A stretch of 64,000 bases of DNA from Candidatus Tayloriibacteriota bacterium (GTDB lineage Bacteria; Patescibacteriota; Minisyncoccia; Phycocordibacterales; PALSA-1337). The position numbers and the translations under genes are program-made. The notes under the pieces were generated by a model that ran no database searches, had not been told where the DNA came from, and saw only the letters and a program-made list of their open reading frames with translations. Positions within the stretch are counted from its first letter, which is position 1. Every line of letters begins with the position of its first letter. Shown piece after piece: positions 19,436 through 29,420 of the stretch. The DNA is taken from the NCBI GenBank assembly GCA_003151615.1, contig PLXZ01000001.1, positions 3,795-67,794 of the forward strand, given 5' to 3'.

Positions 19436-20877
19436 TATTTACGCATGAAAAGCGGAGCGACGAGCACGATATCGCGAACGGCAAGGGCGATTTTTTCCGA
19501 AGTCTCCGGCATGATTGGTGCAAGAATAGCGCCAATACCGGCTACTTCGCCCAACAGATAAGAAATATCGGCTTTGCCCGCGGCCGGATCCGTTTTCACT
19601 TTCTTGAACGGCTCGTTTTCCTGGACAAATTTGTCGGCGGCGGCGATTTTTTTCCAAATTTCGTCGCAGACTTTGTTAAGCTCAAACTTTTCGTAGTATT
19701 CTGAAAAAAGTGAAACCATGCCTGAAACATTTGTCTTTTCGCCGGCACCGTCAGGCAAGGAAACCCCGTTTGTCTGGGCCATTTTAATGACGCGGGAAAC
19801 CAGATTGCCGAGGCCGTTGGCCAGATTGGCATTGTAGGCCTCCTTGAATTTTTCCATAGTGAAATCGCTGTCCTCAAACGGATGAATATGCCGCGCGAGA
19901 TAATAGCGCAGAGCATCGGTGCCGTATTCAGCGACCACAGCCAAAGGATCCACGACATTGCCCAGGCTTTTGCTCATTTTCTGGCCGTCGCTTGTGATGA
20001 AACCGTGAATAACAATGCCTCGCGAAGGTTCGCCCGCGCCTGCTGACATGAGCATAGCTTGCCACATCGCTGCCTGCTGACGAATCTGGTCCTTGCCGGC
20101 AAACTGCAAGACCGGCCAGTAGCGTTCGAAACTTTTCATGTCGATCGGCCATCCAATCGTCGAAATATAATTGACGAAAGCATCGAACCAGACATACATT
20201 ACATGATCGGAATCATCAGGGACATCGACACCCCAGGGCATTTTGCTTTTCAGGCGGGAAATGCTGAAATCCTCGAGTCCCCTTTCGACAAAAGCCTTGA
20301 TTTCGTTGAAACGAAAATCGGGGACGACCAAGTCCGGACGCTTTGCGTACAAATCAAGCAGCGGTTTTTGATATTTTGAAAATTTGAAGAAATAATTTTC
20401 CTCGTCGATCACTTCAATGGCCAAATTCGGATGGATTGGACATTTTCCGTCGACAAGTTCCGAATCGGTTTTTTCTAACTCGCAGCCAACACAGTATTTG
20501 ACCTGATAATTTTTTTTGTAAATGTCACCTGCTTTCAAACAGCGTCTCCAAAATTCCTGGACGGCGGCCTTATGCTTTGGATCCGTCGTACGAATAAAAT
20601 GAATGTCGGACGACAAACCGAGCGGTTCGCGCAAGTTCCTGAATTTTTCAGCATACATGTCGACATACGCCTGCGGGTCCATTTTCTGGTCGAGGGCATT
20701 GCGGTAAATTTTAATGCCATGCTCGTCGGAACCGGTGCTGAAAAAAACGTCGAAGCCCATGGCTTTTTTATAGCGCGCGAAAATATCCGCCTGAACGATT
20801 TCAAGGGCAAAACCGATATGCGGATCGGCATTCACGTACGGAATGGTCGTTGTTATGTAGAAAGGCTTTTTTTCCAT
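19435..20877 (-). CDS. metG: Methionyl-tRNA synthetase.
   Basis: Class I aaRS with KMSKS and the MetRS anticodon-binding region. The N-terminus is TTTIPYVNADPHIGFA. Confidence 0.92.
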   Translation of the reverse strand: MEKKPFYITTTIPYVNADPHIGFALEIVQADIFARYKKAMGFDVFFSTGSDEHGIKIYRNALDQKMDPQAYVDMYAEKFRNLREPLGLSSDIHFIRTTDPKHKAAVQEFWRRCLKAGDIYKKNYQVKYCVGCELEKTDSELVDGKCPIHPNLAIEVIDEENYFFKFSKYQKPLLDLYAKRPDLVVPDFRFNEIKAFVERGLEDFSISRLKSKMPWGVDVPDDSDHVMYVWFDAFVNYISTIGWPIDMKSFERYWPVLQFAGKDQIRQQAAMWQAMLMSAGAGEPSRGIVIHGFITSDGQKMSKSLGNVVDPLAVVAEYGTDALRYYLARHIHPFEDSDFTMEKFKEAYNANLANGLGNLVSRVIKMAQTNGVSLPDGAGEKTNVSGMVSLFSEYYEKFELNKVCDEIWKKIAAADKFVQENEPFKKVKTDPAAGKADISYLLGEVAGIGAILAPIMPETSEKIALAVRDIVLVAPLFMRK

Positions 20878-20892
20878 AATGCGCAGAGTCGA

Positions 20893-21936
20893 TTAGGCCG
20901 TCGGAACGTGCTTGCCCTTTTCGACATCATGAACAAATTCCATGAGGGCGGCGGCAATCGGAACGGCAAGAATAGCGCCCAAGACGCCCGCCAATTTCAA
21001 GCCGATAACGATTGCGAGAATGACCAGAATCGGCGAAATGCCGACGATTTTTTTGACCACGAGAGGATAGAGCAAATTATTTTCAAACTGATGGATGATG
21101 AGGTAGAGACCCGCAATGACAAGGGCTTTGGTGAAACCGCTGGCGCCGAATACCAAAAGTACGGCCGGAATGGCGGAAAGAATCGGACCGAAAACGGGAA
21201 TGATTTCAAACGCTCCGGCAATGAAGGCCAAAAGAAGCGCGTGCTGGACCTGCAAAATCATCAAACCAAGATATACCAAAACGCCGATCATGACGCCCAG
21301 AAGAAGCTGGCCCTGAAGCCAATGGCCGATCTTGCTTTGCGAACGTTTCCAGAGATCCGTGACATAGGCATGGCTTTTGACCGGACTTATGAGGCGCAGA
21401 AAGTTGCCGACTCCGTCTTCCTGCACGGCGAGATAAAACGACAATACAATGATAAGGAAAAGCGACAGTGCTCCTCCGAATAAAACGCTGGCCGCCTGGA
21501 ACGCACCGCCCGTGCTTCCGGAAATAAAACCGCGCAGGCCATTGACCGCATCCTGCAATGAGAACGAGGAGCTTGTCAGGAAACCGCTGTCCTTCAGAGG
21601 GTTCCAGAAATCGGAAAGATTGATGGTCGCCGGAATATTATTAAGGAAATTCAGAAGTTGGGTGACGAGCGACGGCACGAAGAAAATGAAAAAAGAAGCA
21701 AGTATCAATATAAGAACAATATAGACGAAAACAGTCGCGGGCAGGCGTTTTATTTTGTATTTGCCGAACCATTTTATCGCAGGTTCGATAGCGGAAGCGA
21801 TGACAACAGCCGCGAGCACCACTACAACAATGTCACGGATATAATAGAGAAAAAGGAGCAGGACGACAAAAAGAATGCCCCGAATGATGGAACCCGATGT
21901 AATGCTTATGTATACTTTGCCATTTTCCTTGTTCAC
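20893..21936 (-). CDS. AI-2E family transporter (PerM/UPF0118-like membrane protein).
   Basis: Multi-TM protein of typical AI-2E family length and topology. Confidence 0.7.
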   Translation of the reverse strand: MNKENGKVYISITSGSIIRGILFVVLLLFLYYIRDIVVVVLAAVVIASAIEPAIKWFGKYKIKRLPATVFVYIVLILILASFFIFFVPSLVTQLLNFLNNIPATINLSDFWNPLKDSGFLTSSSFSLQDAVNGLRGFISGSTGGAFQAASVLFGGALSLFLIIVLSFYLAVQEDGVGNFLRLISPVKSHAYVTDLWKRSQSKIGHWLQGQLLLGVMIGVLVYLGLMILQVQHALLLAFIAGAFEIIPVFGPILSAIPAVLLVFGASGFTKALVIAGLYLIIHQFENNLLYPLVVKKIVGISPILVILAIVIGLKLAGVLGAILAVPIAAALMEFVHDVEKGKHVPTA

Positions 21937-23198
21937 AAATGCAGTATAGCACGCAGGTCCTCTTCTTTGAAGCGTCCAACGAGGGCCAGATTCAGCCGTT
22001 CATTGGTGAAAATGTTGTTGGCGATTTTTTGGATGTTTTCGGCAGTTACGGCTTCTATTTGGGCGGTGAGTTCGTCGGGATTTTTTACCTGCTTCTTCAT
22101 TATTTCCTGGCCCGCGCAGAATTCAGCGCGTGAATCGGAAGATTCGAGGGAAAGCATGAGCGAACCCTTGAAATGGTCTTTTACTTTACGCAGTTCTTCT
22201 GGTGAAATTTTTTCTTCTTTCAATTTCCTGAATTCGCCGAGAATCGCCGCGATGACTTCAGCCACGCGCGAATTATCGACTCCGGTCGATACCGCAAAGA
22301 CACCGTGATCCGTGGAAGGGTCATTATCCGCGCTGACATAATAGCCGACACCCATTTCATCGCGAAGTTTCTGGAAAAGGCGCGAGCTCATGCCTCCGCC
22401 GAGGATATCCGCGAGCACGCTGAGCGTCGGAGTTTCCGGAGAAAGAATCGGGAATGACCGAACGCCTAAAACAAGATGTGTCTGGTCAGTTTCCTTGAAG
22501 TGGGCTTTTATAGCAGGCTCTTTTTGCGATTCGGATACCGATGTCTTCCCCGCTTTCGGGGTCTGCGGCAGATTTGCAAATGTTTTTTCGATTTTCGCAA
22601 TCGTTTCAGCTTCGTCAAAATCTCCTGCCACGACAACAACCGTCGCATCGGCTACATAATGCTGTCCACGATATTTCAAAAAATCAGCACGCGAAAAACC
22701 TTTTACATTTGCCTCCGTTCCGGCAATGTTCCATCCGGCAGGCTGATCTCCATAGAGAAGTTCAATGAACAGGTTTTGGACATGACGCTGAGGCATGTCC
22801 TGATACATGCGAATTTCTTCGACGATAACACCTTTTTCTTTCGAGATTTCGGCTTCATCAAAAAGTGGATTCAAATACATGTCAGAAACAACGTCGAGGG
22901 CCGTATCTAATTTACGCGCATCCACTTTCGCATAGTAACCGGTATATTCCTGACCCGTAAAAGCGTTATATTGAGCGCCAATTGAATCAAGCTCGCGCGA
23001 AATGTCGATGGCTTTCGGCCTCCGAGGCGTGCCTTTGAAGACCATGTGCTCGAGAAAATGCGAGATGCCGTTGGAGGACTTATCCTCGTATTTCGAGCCG
23101 GTTTCAACCATGACCAAAACCGTCACCGCCGGATTATCCTTCATCGGTATCGTTATGACGCGCAAGCCGCTTTTTAAAGTCGTTTTTTTGAATTGCAT
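21933..23198 (-). CDS. M16-family zinc peptidase (insulinase-like).
   Basis: Inverted zinc motif HFLEHMVFKGT. The start is taken at MQFKKTTLKSGLRV. It overlaps the upstream gene by 4 nt. Confidence 0.85.
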   Translation of the reverse strand: MQFKKTTLKSGLRVITIPMKDNPAVTVLVMVETGSKYEDKSSNGISHFLEHMVFKGTPRRPKAIDISRELDSIGAQYNAFTGQEYTGYYAKVDARKLDTALDVVSDMYLNPLFDEAEISKEKGVIVEEIRMYQDMPQRHVQNLFIELLYGDQPAGWNIAGTEANVKGFSRADFLKYRGQHYVADATVVVVAGDFDEAETIAKIEKTFANLPQTPKAGKTSVSESQKEPAIKAHFKETDQTHLVLGVRSFPILSPETPTLSVLADILGGGMSSRLFQKLRDEMGVGYYVSADNDPSTDHGVFAVSTGVDNSRVAEVIAAILGEFRKLKEEKISPEELRKVKDHFKGSLMLSLESSDSRAEFCAGQEIMKKQVKNPDELTAQIEAVTAENIQKIANNIFTNERLNLALVGRFKEEDLRAILHL

Positions 23199-23348
23199 AA
23201 TGTGTTTTTTATTTTTGAGACGTTTGTGCGCGCCATTATGCGCTCCCATGTTGCCTGATTGTAGCAAATTATGGCTTAAATAGAAAATTGAACAAAATTT
23301 TAACTTTTCTTTATCAGAATTTCATAACCGGTCTGGTACAGTGAAAAT

Positions 23349-23777
23349 ATGTCACCCGAATATATAAAAAGCTTTGACGTATGGAATGAGAAAATGAAAC
23401 TGCTCGAAAAAAGAATCCTGCCGGATGATTTCTTTTTCTTAGAAGGAGAAATTTGGTGGGTAGCCCTCGGGGTCAATATAGGTCATGAAATAGACGGCAA
23501 AAATGATATGTTTGAAAGACCTGTCGTTGTGCTGAAAAGAATTACAGACGATCTATTATGGGCCATACCAATTACGAGCACCATCAAATCAAGTGTTGAT
23601 TTTCAATTGATGAAACACTCGGGTAAACAACAAACGATTCTTGTATCTCAAATAAAATTAATAAGTAATAAGCGTCTATTACGACTCATCTTCAGAATGA
23701 AACAAAGCGAATTTTCTCTCATAAAAGAGAGTATAATTGATAAGGTTTCCTGCATAAAAACGATTCCCTCCGATTAA
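23349..23777 (+). CDS. MazF/PemK-family endoribonuclease toxin-like protein, with no adjacent antitoxin.
   Basis: GEIWWVALGVNIGHE...ERPVVVLK...AIPITS...QQTILVSQIKLISNKRLLRLIFRM aligns with E. coli MazF GDLIWVDFDP...HRPAVVLSP...CVPCTT...DQVKSIAWRARGA. Confidence 0.65.
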   Translation: MSPEYIKSFDVWNEKMKLLEKRILPDDFFFLEGEIWWVALGVNIGHEIDGKNDMFERPVVVLKRITDDLLWAIPITSTIKSSVDFQLMKHSGKQQTILVSQIKLISNKRLLRLIFRMKQSEFSLIKESIIDKVSCIKTIPSD

Positions 23778-23868
23778 GGAGGGAATCTCGATGGACGTAA
23801 CCGTAGTGTGAGTCTATTGTACCTTTCAGAAAAATAATTGCAAGACTTTACAAGATTGAAAAAATAAA

Positions 23869-24048
23869 TTATTTCGAAAATTCTGTAAGTGCGCGCATGA
23901 GCGGAACACCGAGGGAAATGGCAAGCAAAGAGAAACTTGCAGCCCATCCATATGAACATATTCCCGAAGCATTCGCGACCAAGATTCCCGCTGCGACTAT
24001 CGAAACCGTCCAAACAAACAGCAACATTTTTCTTCGTGTTAATTTCAT
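23869..24048 (-). CDS. Possible 59-aa small membrane protein (MKLTRRKMLLFVWTVSIVAAGILVANASGICSYGWAASFSLLAISLGVPLMRALTEFSK).
   Basis: Found by manual translation. It is below the 60-aa cutoff of the ORF track. It has a basic N-terminus and two hydrophobic segments but no clear SD. Confidence 0.25.
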   Translation of the reverse strand: MKLTRRKMLLFVWTVSIVAAGILVANASGICSYGWAASFSLLAISLGVPLMRALTEFSK

Positions 24049-24068
24049 TTTATTTTTTGGCTACATTT

Positions 24069-25484
24069 TTATAACTTAATCCTCTTTAACAGATCCTTGA
24101 TCGCCACCCTCTCCTGTTTGCCGAAGTCGCGGTCACGGACAGTTACCGTCGGTCCAGTTTTTTCGTCAACTTTTTCAATGGTTTCGAAGTCGACGGTGAC
24201 GCAATACGGCGTACCGATTTCGTCCTGGCGGCGGTAGCGCTTGCCGATATTGCCGTTGTCGTCGAACTCAATACCGTGGATGCCGATTGCACCGAGCTCT
24301 TTTTTGAGCATTGCGTAAATTTCGCGGGCTTTTTCGACGAGCACTGGCTTGTTTTTGAGCAAAGGAAAAACGGCAACTTTTATCGGCGCGACTTTCGGAG
24401 AAAATTTCAGATAGACGCGGGTTTCTTCCGTTGCCGCTTCGCCATCCTTTCCGACTTCACCTTTTATTATCTCTTCATGATATGCATCCGACAAAATAGC
24501 CAAAACGGTACGGTCGACGCCGAATGAAGGCTCGATGCAGTGCGGAATAAAACGCTCCTTTGTTTCTTCATCAAAATATGAAAGATCAGTGCCGGAAGCG
24601 GTCGAATGCTGGCGCAGGTCGAAATCGGTGCGATATGCGAGACCGTAGAGTTCCTTGCGGCCGAACGGGTAATCGAACTCAAAATCGATGGTGCGCTTTG
24701 AATAATGAGCTCGGTCGCCGTCGGCTACTTCCAATTCGTGGACTTTCGCCTTCGGGAGACCAAGGTCCTGCTCCGTAAAATCATGCATTTGCTCGCGAAA
24801 ATGATTGAAGACGTATTTCCAGCCGCCTTCCTTGTCCGCGTCAACGTTCGGATTGACGAAATATTCGATTTCCATCTGCTCCAGTTCGCGCAAACGGAAA
24901 ATGAAATCGCGCGGAGCAATTTCATTTCGGAAAGCTTTTCCAATCTGCGCCAAACCGAACGGCAGTTTTGGATGAAGCGAATCGAGCACATTTTTATAAT
25001 TCACGAACATGCCTTGCGCCGTTTCCGGACGCAAATATGAAATTGCTTCGTCCCCTTCCGACGCACCTACATGCGTTTTGAACATCATGTTGAACTGCTT
25101 CTCCGGACCAAGCTCGCCGCCGCAATCGGGGCATTTCTTGCTGCCGTCCTTTCCTGCCTCAATATGATCCGAACGAAAACGATGATGACATTTCTTGCAC
25201 TCGACGAGAGGGTCGGAGAAACCGCCGACATGTCCGCTCGCCTTCCAGACATTCTGATTCATTAGAATTGCGGCGTCGACGCCGTACATGTCCTCGCGGT
25301 CCTCGACAAAACGCTTCCACCACAATGTCTTGATGTTATTTTTGAGGGCGACGCCGAGAGGGCCGAAGTCGTACGTGCCAGCCAAGCCGCCGTAAATTTC
25401 GGAACCTTGATAGATGAAACCGCGGCGCTTTGCGAGCGACACTATTTTTTCCATCACGTCTGTGTTTTTTTCTGTGGTTTTCAT
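24069..25484 (-). CDS. glyQS: Glycyl-tRNA synthetase (class II, alpha2 type).
   Basis: N-terminal RRGFIYQGSEIYGGLAGTYDFGPLG and class II motifs. Length is 471 aa. Confidence 0.9.
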   Translation of the reverse strand: MKTTEKNTDVMEKIVSLAKRRGFIYQGSEIYGGLAGTYDFGPLGVALKNNIKTLWWKRFVEDREDMYGVDAAILMNQNVWKASGHVGGFSDPLVECKKCHHRFRSDHIEAGKDGSKKCPDCGGELGPEKQFNMMFKTHVGASEGDEAISYLRPETAQGMFVNYKNVLDSLHPKLPFGLAQIGKAFRNEIAPRDFIFRLRELEQMEIEYFVNPNVDADKEGGWKYVFNHFREQMHDFTEQDLGLPKAKVHELEVADGDRAHYSKRTIDFEFDYPFGRKELYGLAYRTDFDLRQHSTASGTDLSYFDEETKERFIPHCIEPSFGVDRTVLAILSDAYHEEIIKGEVGKDGEAATEETRVYLKFSPKVAPIKVAVFPLLKNKPVLVEKAREIYAMLKKELGAIGIHGIEFDDNGNIGKRYRRQDEIGTPYCVTVDFETIEKVDEKTGPTVTVRDRDFGKQERVAIKDLLKRIKL

Positions 25485-25508
25485 ATGTTTAGTTTCGCGC
25501 GCCTTTGC

Positions 25509-27464
25509 CTACTGCCCGACAATTTCATCGCCGGCGACGAACGTCGGATCGGTGCTGAAGCTCGTGGTCATCTGTTCAATTGTGCTCTGCAAATTAGCTC
25601 CCGTAAAGTCGTCGCGCGCCGTCAGCGTCGCCTGCCCTACTGTCGTCGGCGTCTGGCCGACGAAATTGACGCCCGGATTGACCCCAATCTGGAAATCAAC
25701 CTGCTGTTGGTTCGCACTGCTGCCCGTCTGTGCCTGTAGATTACCAAGATTCCAGGTGATTTGTCCATTGACCGGGTTATAGGTGATATTTGCCGTGGAA
25801 GGACTGATTTGTCCGAGCCAGCCGACGTACGGAGGCAATGTTGCGCTGACGGTGACGCCATCAACGGTCGAAGAAGTATTGTAGACAGTCCATATGACCG
25901 TGTACGTCGTCGTGGCCTGGGCTTTCGGAGGTATTGGACCGCTGTTGGCGAAAGGTCCCGTCGAACGAACAAGGCTTCCCGCCAATTGAATATTGGACGA
26001 AACCTGCACCTGACGCTGTACGGTCGAATCCACTTCCTCAGGCACATTTGTTTGCGAAATGCGGTTGGCTTTCGCGGACACGGCAACCATAATGTTCGGA
26101 TCGTTTATGGGATTTGCCTGAGTGCTCAAATTTCGCGGAGTGAAAGAGAAAGAAAGCGTCCCGCCGGCGCCGGCCGCAATGGAAGCAAGTTCCGGATTGG
26201 TAACCGTATTCCAGACGATCTCCTTATTTGTCGAATCATAATATCCCTGATTCGGATTTACCGAAGCGAGATCAAATGCATTGCCTGAAAGCTTCACGTC
26301 AACTTCGCCGTTAATGACCGCGTCGGAAGTATTGTTGAAATAGGAGACGGTCGCCGAAACAGGTTTGTTGAAAGATCCGACGTACGGACCGGTGCTGTTG
26401 TCGTTGCCCAAACTGAGAGCAAGAGAGACGAACGGCTGGGCGATTGCAACCTGCTGTGTCGTCGAAATATATTGGGTGCTGATGGTTTGCCGGGAAATAT
26501 TGGTTGATGCGTCGGAAGCAGGCACTCCGACATTGAATGAAAAGGTGCTGGTCGCCGCGTTTTGTCCCTGAAGCGTTCCTTTTATATGTATCGTGGCCGA
26601 TCCCCCGGGCGCGATGTTGCCGATATTCCAGATTGAATTGGCGCTGTCGACCGGAGCCGGCGTTGCGGAAGTGAATGTGTAGCCGAACGGATAGACTGCC
26701 TGCAGTAAAAGATCGTTGAGCGTTTCCTTCGAATTCGAAGAGACCTTGACGTCCATTTCGAAAGCTTGTCCCGAAGTGACTTGCGTAAACGAGTCGACGG
26801 AGACCGCCAGAGGCGAAGATGTTATGAGAAGGTTAAAGGCTTCCTGTTTTGAAAAAGTGGCATTCGATCCCGCGACCCGGTAATTGACCGTGACCTCGAC
26901 TGTTTTCTGGCTGTTGGTCTCTCCGAAAAATACGGCATTGATTGCCTGCTGTCCGATGCCGCCCGGCGCAATGTCGGGCAAGGTCTGCTGAAGCTCCTTC
27001 AGCTGTTCGGTCGGATTATTCGGATTTGCCGTTCCCGAAGGAAAATCGACAGTGACATCGACGACTTGAAGGGCGACGCTGTTTTTATTCTGAATCTGAA
27101 CCGTGAAATTTTCCGGAGTTCCCCCTTCCACCGATACCGGACCGGCGAGATTAATGGCAATGTTGTCGGCAGAGACGATGTCATTTCCCTTCAGCACCAA
27201 GTAGACTCCGGCCGAAACGCAGACAATGAAAAAGACCACCGAAGCGATGAGCACTTTCTTGAAAAAAGACATGCCAGGCTTTTTGTATCTCTCATTAAGC
27301 CCTTCCTCATCGCCAAAATCGTCGGCGGGATGCTGCCAGTCGGACTGGACCTCATATTGTTCGGGCTTCAGGCGAAGATGATGTCCGGCATGGACATCCG
27401 GCGCGTTTCGGGAATAAAGGTTTTCCTGCAGTTCATCTATTTTACTTTCCTCGCCATTATTCAT
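25509..27464 (-). CDS. Hypothetical single-pass membrane protein with a large extracytoplasmic beta-rich domain.
   Basis: It has a cytoplasmic acidic N-terminus, a TM helix VLIASVVFFIVCVSAGVYLVL, and ~550 aa of extracellular sequence. The start is taken at MNNGEES, because the longer ORF would overlap ndh. Confidence 0.55.
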   Translation of the reverse strand: MNNGEESKIDELQENLYSRNAPDVHAGHHLRLKPEQYEVQSDWQHPADDFGDEEGLNERYKKPGMSFFKKVLIASVVFFIVCVSAGVYLVLKGNDIVSADNIAINLAGPVSVEGGTPENFTVQIQNKNSVALQVVDVTVDFPSGTANPNNPTEQLKELQQTLPDIAPGGIGQQAINAVFFGETNSQKTVEVTVNYRVAGSNATFSKQEAFNLLITSSPLAVSVDSFTQVTSGQAFEMDVKVSSNSKETLNDLLLQAVYPFGYTFTSATPAPVDSANSIWNIGNIAPGGSATIHIKGTLQGQNAATSTFSFNVGVPASDASTNISRQTISTQYISTTQQVAIAQPFVSLALSLGNDNSTGPYVGSFNKPVSATVSYFNNTSDAVINGEVDVKLSGNAFDLASVNPNQGYYDSTNKEIVWNTVTNPELASIAAGAGGTLSFSFTPRNLSTQANPINDPNIMVAVSAKANRISQTNVPEEVDSTVQRQVQVSSNIQLAGSLVRSTGPFANSGPIPPKAQATTTYTVIWTVYNTSSTVDGVTVSATLPPYVGWLGQISPSTANITYNPVNGQITWNLGNLQAQTGSSANQQQVDFQIGVNPGVNFVGQTPTTVGQATLTARDDFTGANLQSTIEQMTTSFSTDPTFVAGDEIVGQ

Positions 27465-27483
27465 GGAAAATAGTATAACACGT

Positions 27484-28761
27484 TTATTCGCCGGTGATTT
27501 TCGTAATATCCCGAGGAAAAAACACCGCGAGACTCCATTCAAACATGATGCGAACGCGCTTTTTGAAGGAGGCGAATTTAAAAAGATACACCGTGCGCCA
27601 GAGCCACCAGGTCAACCGTCCGCTGATTTTAAGCGAGAAAATTTCGCCGATTGCGAACCATTGGCCGAGCGAAACCATGCTGCCTTTTGAATTGTAAATA
27701 AATCCTGAAAGCGGTCTGCCGGCAATTGAAGCGAGAAGATTGCTCGCCACGACTTTCGCCTGATTTTCGGCGACTTGGGCAAGCATTGGAACGGGAGTCG
27801 GATATCCCGCGGCGTCGCCAAGGACAAAAATAGTATTGAAAGTATTCGAAGCGGATGCGTCCGTCAAAACAAAATGATTGTCCACGGTCATTCGGCCTTT
27901 TACAAGAACAGGCTGCGTTCCCTCAAATTTTGGAATGATGGCCTTCACGCCGGCGGACCAGATAACGGTTGCGGCGGGAATGCTTATGTTGCCGGAAAGC
28001 GTCAAGCCGTCAGCCGAAACGGACGTGACCGAAGAATTCATGTGAAGCGCGACGCCTTCCTTTTGAAGATGCTTCATCGCGGTCTTGCGCAATTTTGGCG
28101 CAAACATTTGAAGAAGTTCCGGACCGGTGTCGACGATTGAAATTTGAACTTCGTCGGCGGGCCAGTTCATTTCGCGATAGTAACGCTTGGCAATGGCTTC
28201 GGCAAATTCGGAAAGTTCAGCAGCCATTTCAACGCCGGTTGCTCCCCCGCCGACAACGGCAAATGAAAGCAGCCGCGCGCGTTCCGCCGGATCATTCGAC
28301 AAAGCCGCTTTTTCAAAAGAATCAATCACGCGTGAACGGATCCGCGCGGCGTCAAGAAGATTTTTGAGCGGGAGCGAAAATTTTTCAGCTCCGGAGATGC
28401 CGTAATAATTCGTTTCGGCTCCGGTGGCAATGACGAGATAGTCATACAAAATCGGAGTCCCGGAAATAGTTGCGGTTTTTTTGGCGGCATCAATCGAATC
28501 GATATTCCCTTGGATGACCTGAACATTTGTTTTATGGAAAACTTCGCGGAGAGGCTCGGCGACCGATCCGGGCGTCAATGCTCCCGTCGCCACTTCATGC
28601 AAAAGAGGCGTAAAGAGAAAATAGTTTGTGCGATTGACGATTGTCAGGTCAATTTTCCCGGCGCGGACCTGCTTGAGCAAGCGCTTCGCGACGTACACCC
28701 CGCCGAAACCGGCGCCGAGAATGAGAATATGGGGTTTTGACTGCGGCATTTCTTTTGACAT
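27484..28761 (-). CDS. ndh: Type II NADH dehydrogenase / FAD-dependent pyridine nucleotide-disulfide oxidoreductase.
   Basis: Two Rossmann GxGxxG motifs (HILILGAGFGGV, AVVGGGATGVE). Confidence 0.85.
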   Translation of the reverse strand: MSKEMPQSKPHILILGAGFGGVYVAKRLLKQVRAGKIDLTIVNRTNYFLFTPLLHEVATGALTPGSVAEPLREVFHKTNVQVIQGNIDSIDAAKKTATISGTPILYDYLVIATGAETNYYGISGAEKFSLPLKNLLDAARIRSRVIDSFEKAALSNDPAERARLLSFAVVGGGATGVEMAAELSEFAEAIAKRYYREMNWPADEVQISIVDTGPELLQMFAPKLRKTAMKHLQKEGVALHMNSSVTSVSADGLTLSGNISIPAATVIWSAGVKAIIPKFEGTQPVLVKGRMTVDNHFVLTDASASNTFNTIFVLGDAAGYPTPVPMLAQVAENQAKVVASNLLASIAGRPLSGFIYNSKGSMVSLGQWFAIGEIFSLKISGRLTWWLWRTVYLFKFASFKKRVRIMFEWSLAVFFPRDITKITGE

Positions 28762-28773
28762 GCGAACAGTGTA

Positions 28774-29397
28774 TCACAAATGGCTCTCCTGCAAAGCGGT
28801 ATTGATTTCCTTGATTGCTTTTGTTTTCATGCCGGGCATCGCCATAGTTTTAAAAAGTTCCGGAGTAAACGAATTGTTAGTTAAAAACGGAGCAAGGTCG
28901 GGTATGAGTCGAACATATCCCAGATGATGGAGGATGCGCAGCATAATAATCGGTTCGGCGACGTCAACGGAATCTTTTGCTTCGGGCGTGTCCAAAAATT
29001 GACATGCTGCATCGACGGCTTCGAACAACGTGGCGTTTTTTTCTTCGCCCTGCAACAGACGCGACAAGACTGAAAACATTCGGACGCGCAACGCATATGC
29101 GGGAGTGGACGTTGGAACCGATGTTGAAACAGTTTGCGACTGCCGGTCTTTCATCGGCTCTTTCATCGGCTCCGCGCCGACGACACGCCAGAAATCTTTG
29201 CCGCGAACGAGGGAAAAATTTGCCATGGAATAATCCTGGGCGTGATAGCGCAATTTCGACTTCGAAAGGCGTATTCCTTGCGCGATTGAAGATACCTGAC
29301 CAAGCTCCTGCGTGAAAATAAAGAGAATTTTTCCGCCCTCGCCGTGAGGCCGGCTCCCGACGACAAATCCGGGTGTTGTGTAAATGCGGTGCGACAT
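28774..29397 (-). CDS. recO: DNA repair protein RecO-like.
   Basis: The N-terminal OB-fold pattern (FVVGSRPHGEGGKILFIFTQELGQVSSIAQGIRLSKSKL) resembles RecO. Call is at family level only. Confidence 0.5.
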   Translation of the reverse strand: MSHRIYTTPGFVVGSRPHGEGGKILFIFTQELGQVSSIAQGIRLSKSKLRYHAQDYSMANFSLVRGKDFWRVVGAEPMKEPMKDRQSQTVSTSVPTSTPAYALRVRMFSVLSRLLQGEEKNATLFEAVDAACQFLDTPEAKDSVDVAEPIIMLRILHHLGYVRLIPDLAPFLTNNSFTPELFKTMAMPGMKTKAIKEINTALQESHL

Positions 29398-29420
29398 AAT
29401 GGAAATGTTTAAGAAACTAC

